Shown piece by piece: positions 61,002-64,000 of a stretch of 64,000 bases of DNA. The notes below the pieces were generated by a model. That model ran no database searches and was not told the DNA's origin. It worked only from the letters and a program-made list of their open reading frames with translations. The stretch's first letter is position 1. Each line of letters starts with the position of its first letter. Source of the DNA: Paracoccaceae bacterium (GTDB lineage Bacteria; Pseudomonadota; Alphaproteobacteria; Rhodobacterales; Rhodobacteraceae). Where the stretch lies: positions 25,610 through 89,609 of the forward strand of contig PWZT01000088.1 of NCBI GenBank assembly GCA_003567315.1, in the 5' to 3' direction. Position numbers and translations under genes: made by a program.

Positions 61002-62039
61002 ATGCGTGCAGCGGTTTTGAGGGAGTATCGCAAGGATCTGAGCCTTGAGACCGTGCCAGATCCGGTTTGCGAGGAAGATGGTGTGATTCTGCGCACGCTG
61101 GCTTGCGGCATTTGCCGCTCGGACTGGCATGGCTGGGTCGGGGGCCATCCCCGGGTGAAGCCGGGCCAGATTCCGGGCCATGAATATTGCGGCGAGGTGG
61201 TCGAGGCCGGGCCGCGCTCGGGATGGCGCGTTGGCGACAAGGTGATCGCCCCCTTCATTCTCGCCTGCGGGAGTTGCCCTGCCTGCCGCGCGGGCGTGTC
61301 GAACACCTGCCCGGACCAGCGCCTGCCCGGTTTCGTGGAACCCGGCGCCTTTGCCGATCACATCAGCGTGCCGCATGCCCATAACCTCGCGCGGCTGCCT
61401 GAAGGCATGTCGCCTGTGCTGGCCGCAGGGCTGGGTTGCCGGGTGACGACGGCCTTTCATGCGCTCACGGATCGCGCAGCACTGCGCCCCGGCGAATGGT
61501 TGGCCGTGCATGGGACGGGCGGGATCGGACTTGCCACGCTGATCCTTGGCCGTGCGCTTGGCGCGCGTGTGATCGCGGTCGATATCGTGCCCGAAAAGCT
61601 CGAACATGCCACGCAACTCGGCGCTGATGCCGTGATTGATGCGCGGACGGGCGATGTCGCGGAGGCCATCCGCGATCTGACAGGCGGTGGCGCGCATGTC
61701 TCGGTCGAGGCGCTGGGGGTCGAGGTCACGACCAATGCGTCGCTGCAATGCCTGCGGCCTCTGGGGCGGCATGTGCAGGTTGGCATGACCGTGGGCCATA
61801 ACGCGCGGATGGAACTGGACATGAGCGCGGTCTATCTCAAGAACCTCGCACTTTACGGCACGCGCGGGATGCCTGCGCATAAATACCCCTCGCTGCTGAA
61901 CATGATCGCGGCAGGGTTGGTGGATTTCGCGCCGATGATCGCGCGCGAAGTGCCGCTCTCGCAGGCGGGTGCGGAGCTTGCGGCCTTCGATGGCCCGATG
62001 CCGCCGGGCGTGGCCGTGATCTCGGATTTCCAGCGCTGA
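61002..62039 (+). CDS. Zinc-dependent alcohol dehydrogenase (MDR family)
   Basis: CGICRSDWH, GHEYCG, CGSCPACRAGVSNTC, GTGGIG. Confidence 0.92.
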   Translation: MRAAVLREYRKDLSLETVPDPVCEEDGVILRTLACGICRSDWHGWVGGHPRVKPGQIPGHEYCGEVVEAGPRSGWRVGDKVIAPFILACGSCPACRAGVSNTCPDQRLPGFVEPGAFADHISVPHAHNLARLPEGMSPVLAAGLGCRVTTAFHALTDRAALRPGEWLAVHGTGGIGLATLILGRALGARVIAVDIVPEKLEHATQLGADAVIDARTGDVAEAIRDLTGGGAHVSVEALGVEVTTNASLQCLRPLGRHVQVGMTVGHNARMELDMSAVYLKNLALYGTRGMPAHKYPSLLNMIAAGLVDFAPMIAREVPLSQAGAELAAFDGPMPPGVAVISDFQR

Positions 62040-62056
62040 TGTGAGGCCCTTTCCCT

Positions 62057-62085
62057 TTGCACGCGGAAGGCTTTCAGGCTAAGGG
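62057..62085 (+). promoter_or_regulatory. Candidate sigma70 promoter of purQ
   Basis: TTGCAC, 17 nt, TAAGGG. Confidence 0.5.
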
Positions 62086-62119
62086 CTGCGCATAACCCTG
62101 CCTCACGGAGCCCGCTGCG

Positions 62120-62788
62120 ATGAAAGCCGCTGTCATCACCTTTCCGGGGTCGAATTGCGACCGCGACCTTGCCATGGCCTTCGAGCAGGCGGGCGCGGAG
62201 GTTGTCCGGGTCTGGCATAAGGACACGGATCTGCCACAAGGCACCGATATCGTGGGTATTCCCGGCGGGTTCTCCTTTGGCGACTACCTGCGCTGCGGGG
62301 CGATTGCGGCGCGCTCGCCGATCGCGAAACCTGTGGTCGAGTTTGCCGCGAATGGTGGGCATGTGCTGGGCATATGCAACGGGTTTCAGGTGCTTCTGGA
62401 GATGGGCCTCTTGCCCGGCGCGCTGCTGCGCAATGCCAATCTGCGCTATATCTGCAAGCCCGTTGGCCTGCGGGTGGAGACATCCCAAAGCCCCTTCACC
62501 AGCGCCTATGGCGAAGGCGACGCGATCACAGTGCCCATCGCGCATCACGACGGCAATTACACCGCTGATCCCGAGACGCTGGCGCGGCTTTCAGGCGAAG
62601 GGCGCGTGGCGTTTCGGTATCTGGACACGCCCAATGGCTCTGTCGATGACATCGCCGGCATACTCTCGGAAAACCGGCGGGTGCTGGGCATGATGCCGCA
62701 TCCCGAACGCGCCTGCTCGCCGATCCATGGCAGCACGGATGGCCGGCGCCTGTTCGACGCCCTCATCAGCGCCTTTGCGCCCGCCTGA
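62120..62788 (+). CDS. purQ: FGAM synthase glutaminase subunit
   Basis: [33 protein letters not shown]. Confidence 0.97.
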   Translation: MKAAVITFPGSNCDRDLAMAFEQAGAEVVRVWHKDTDLPQGTDIVGIPGGFSFGDYLRCGAIAARSPIAKPVVEFAANGGHVLGICNGFQVLLEMGLLPGALLRNANLRYICKPVGLRVETSQSPFTSAYGEGDAITVPIAHHDGNYTADPETLARLSGEGRVAFRYLDTPNGSVDDIAGILSENRRVLGMMPHPERACSPIHGSTDGRRLFDALISAFAPA

Positions 62789-62844
62789 GCGCGCGGCGTC
62801 TCACGCGCGCTTGAGCAGGCGCAGCAAAGCTCGTATTGTAACGC

Positions 62845-64000
62845 ATGGTCAAGGATCCCGAGCTGGACAATCGCCGCGTGAGCATACTGGGGATCCCGCT
62901 CTGGGGGCGGGTCGTGGTTGTCGTTTTGCTGCTCGTGGCGCTGGTCAGCACATGGTTCGTCAATTCTTTCCTGTCTGAAAGCTTCACTGATTCCACGCGC
63001 AACCGCGCCGAATTGCGACTGGTGCTCTATTCGGGAAATATCCAGTCGGAGTTGCAGCGCAATTCCGTTGTGCCGCTCTTGCTGGCGCGCGATCCGGAAC
63101 TGATTTTCGCGCTTCAGGAAGGGAATTTCACCGCCACCTCGCAGCGTCTGATCGATCTGCAATCCGAGATCGGAGCGGCCTCCATCGAGTTGCTGGACAA
63201 TTCCGGACGCGTCATGGCCGCGACCGACCGCAACCAGCTTGGCAAGAACCGCTCGGGCGAAGCCTCCTTTGTCGAGGCGCGGCGATCCTCGGACACGTCG
63301 TTTCTGGTGCAGGAACTCGACAGTGGCGGTTTCGGTTTTTCCTTCTCACGTTCGATCCGACTGGGTGGCGAAGTGCTGGGTGTCGTGACGGTGGGCGCGG
63401 ATCTGTCGAAATTCGAGCGCAGCTGGGCGGGCTTTGCGGATGCCGTGGCGCTGCTCGATTCCAGCGGGCGGATCATTCTGGCGACCGAGCCACGCTGGCG
63501 CGGGCGTACGCTCGAGGATGCCCTGGCCGCGCGCGATGCGCCCTCGGCAATCGCCCGGGCCTTGCGTGCGACAGCGGATTGGGCGCAACCGCAGCCTGAT
63601 ACCTTCGTGCGCGGCGAGGCGGTGCTGCGCTCGGAGGTCCGGGTGCCGTTTCGGGGCTGGCGGTTGGTCAGTTTCACGCGCTACGACTCAGTGCGCGAGA
63701 GTGTGAATGCCGCGATTGCGCTGATGCTGACCGGCTTCGCGCTGCTGTTGGCTTTGGTATTCTACATTCTCAGTCGCCGGGCCTGGTCGCAATCGGCGGT
63801 GTTCCAGCAGGAATCGGAGGAGCTGCGCGCACTCAATGCCCGCCTGCAACGCGAGATCGCAGCCCGATTGCGGGTCCAGAAGGATCTCGCTGTGGCTGAG
63901 CAGACACTCGCGCAATCCGCCAAGCTCGCCAGCCTCGGCGAAATGTCGGCGTCGGTCAGCCATGAGTTGAACCAGCCGCTCGCGGCGATGAAGACCTATC
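62845..64000 (+). CDS. DctB-like membrane sensor histidine kinase, truncated by the window end (absent from the ORF track)
   Basis: Manual translation from ATG 62845: TM, periplasmic domain (ELQRNSVVPLLLARD), TM, KLASLGEMSASVSHELNQPL H-box. Confidence 0.88.
   Translation, partial: MVKDPELDNRRVSILGIPLWGRVVVVVLLLVALVSTWFVNSFLSESFTDSTRNRAELRLVLYSGNIQSELQRNSVVPLLLARDPELIFALQEGNFTATSQRLIDLQSEIGAASIELLDNSGRVMAATDRNQLGKNRSGEASFVEARRSSDTSFLVQELDSGGFGFSFSRSIRLGGEVLGVVTVGADLSKFERSWAGFADAVALLDSSGRIILATEPRWRGRTLEDALAARDAPSAIARALRATADWAQPQPDTFVRGEAVLRSEVRVPFRGWRLVSFTRYDSVRESVNAAIALMLTGFALLLALVFYILSRRAWSQSAVFQQESEELRALNARLQREIAARLRVQKDLAVAEQTLAQSAKLASLGEMSASVSHELNQPLAAMKTY

Overview
GC-rich alphaproteobacterial chromosomal segment with Rhodobacteraceae-type gene content and order. 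It is mostly housekeeping genes: map (partial, missed by the ORF track), rpsD, dusA, galU-galE, fdx, degP-hflCK-gor-rpiA, sdaA, ileS, tRNA-Gln(TTG), gdhA, nrdR-ribD-tadA, the F1 operon atpHAGDC, gloB, clpA, deoC, purQ and a dctB-like kinase (partial). Accessory modules are interspersed: a GAF-PAS hybrid kinase/LuxR regulator/Hint-protein block, an Fe-S cryptochrome/photolyase operon coupled to ileS, a nine-gene ABC + deaminase + oxidoreductase + creatininase-family cluster beside tRNA-Gln, and deoC-ALDH16-like-ADH. Top observations: (1) an unannotated, apparently leaderless 15-codon Ile-rich uORF (MSRISIIQRISGPAL) overlapping a perfect 12-bp GC hairpin directly upstream of ileS, a candidate Ile-sensing attenuator; (2) the tightly coupled cluster, which looks like an uncharacterised N-heterocycle (possibly pteridine) uptake/catabolic pathway with an NtrC-like site; (3) a single in-frame TAG splitting an otherwise intact clpA. 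No CRISPR array, rRNA, transposase or integrase was seen. All protein calls rest on motif recognition by eye, not database searches.
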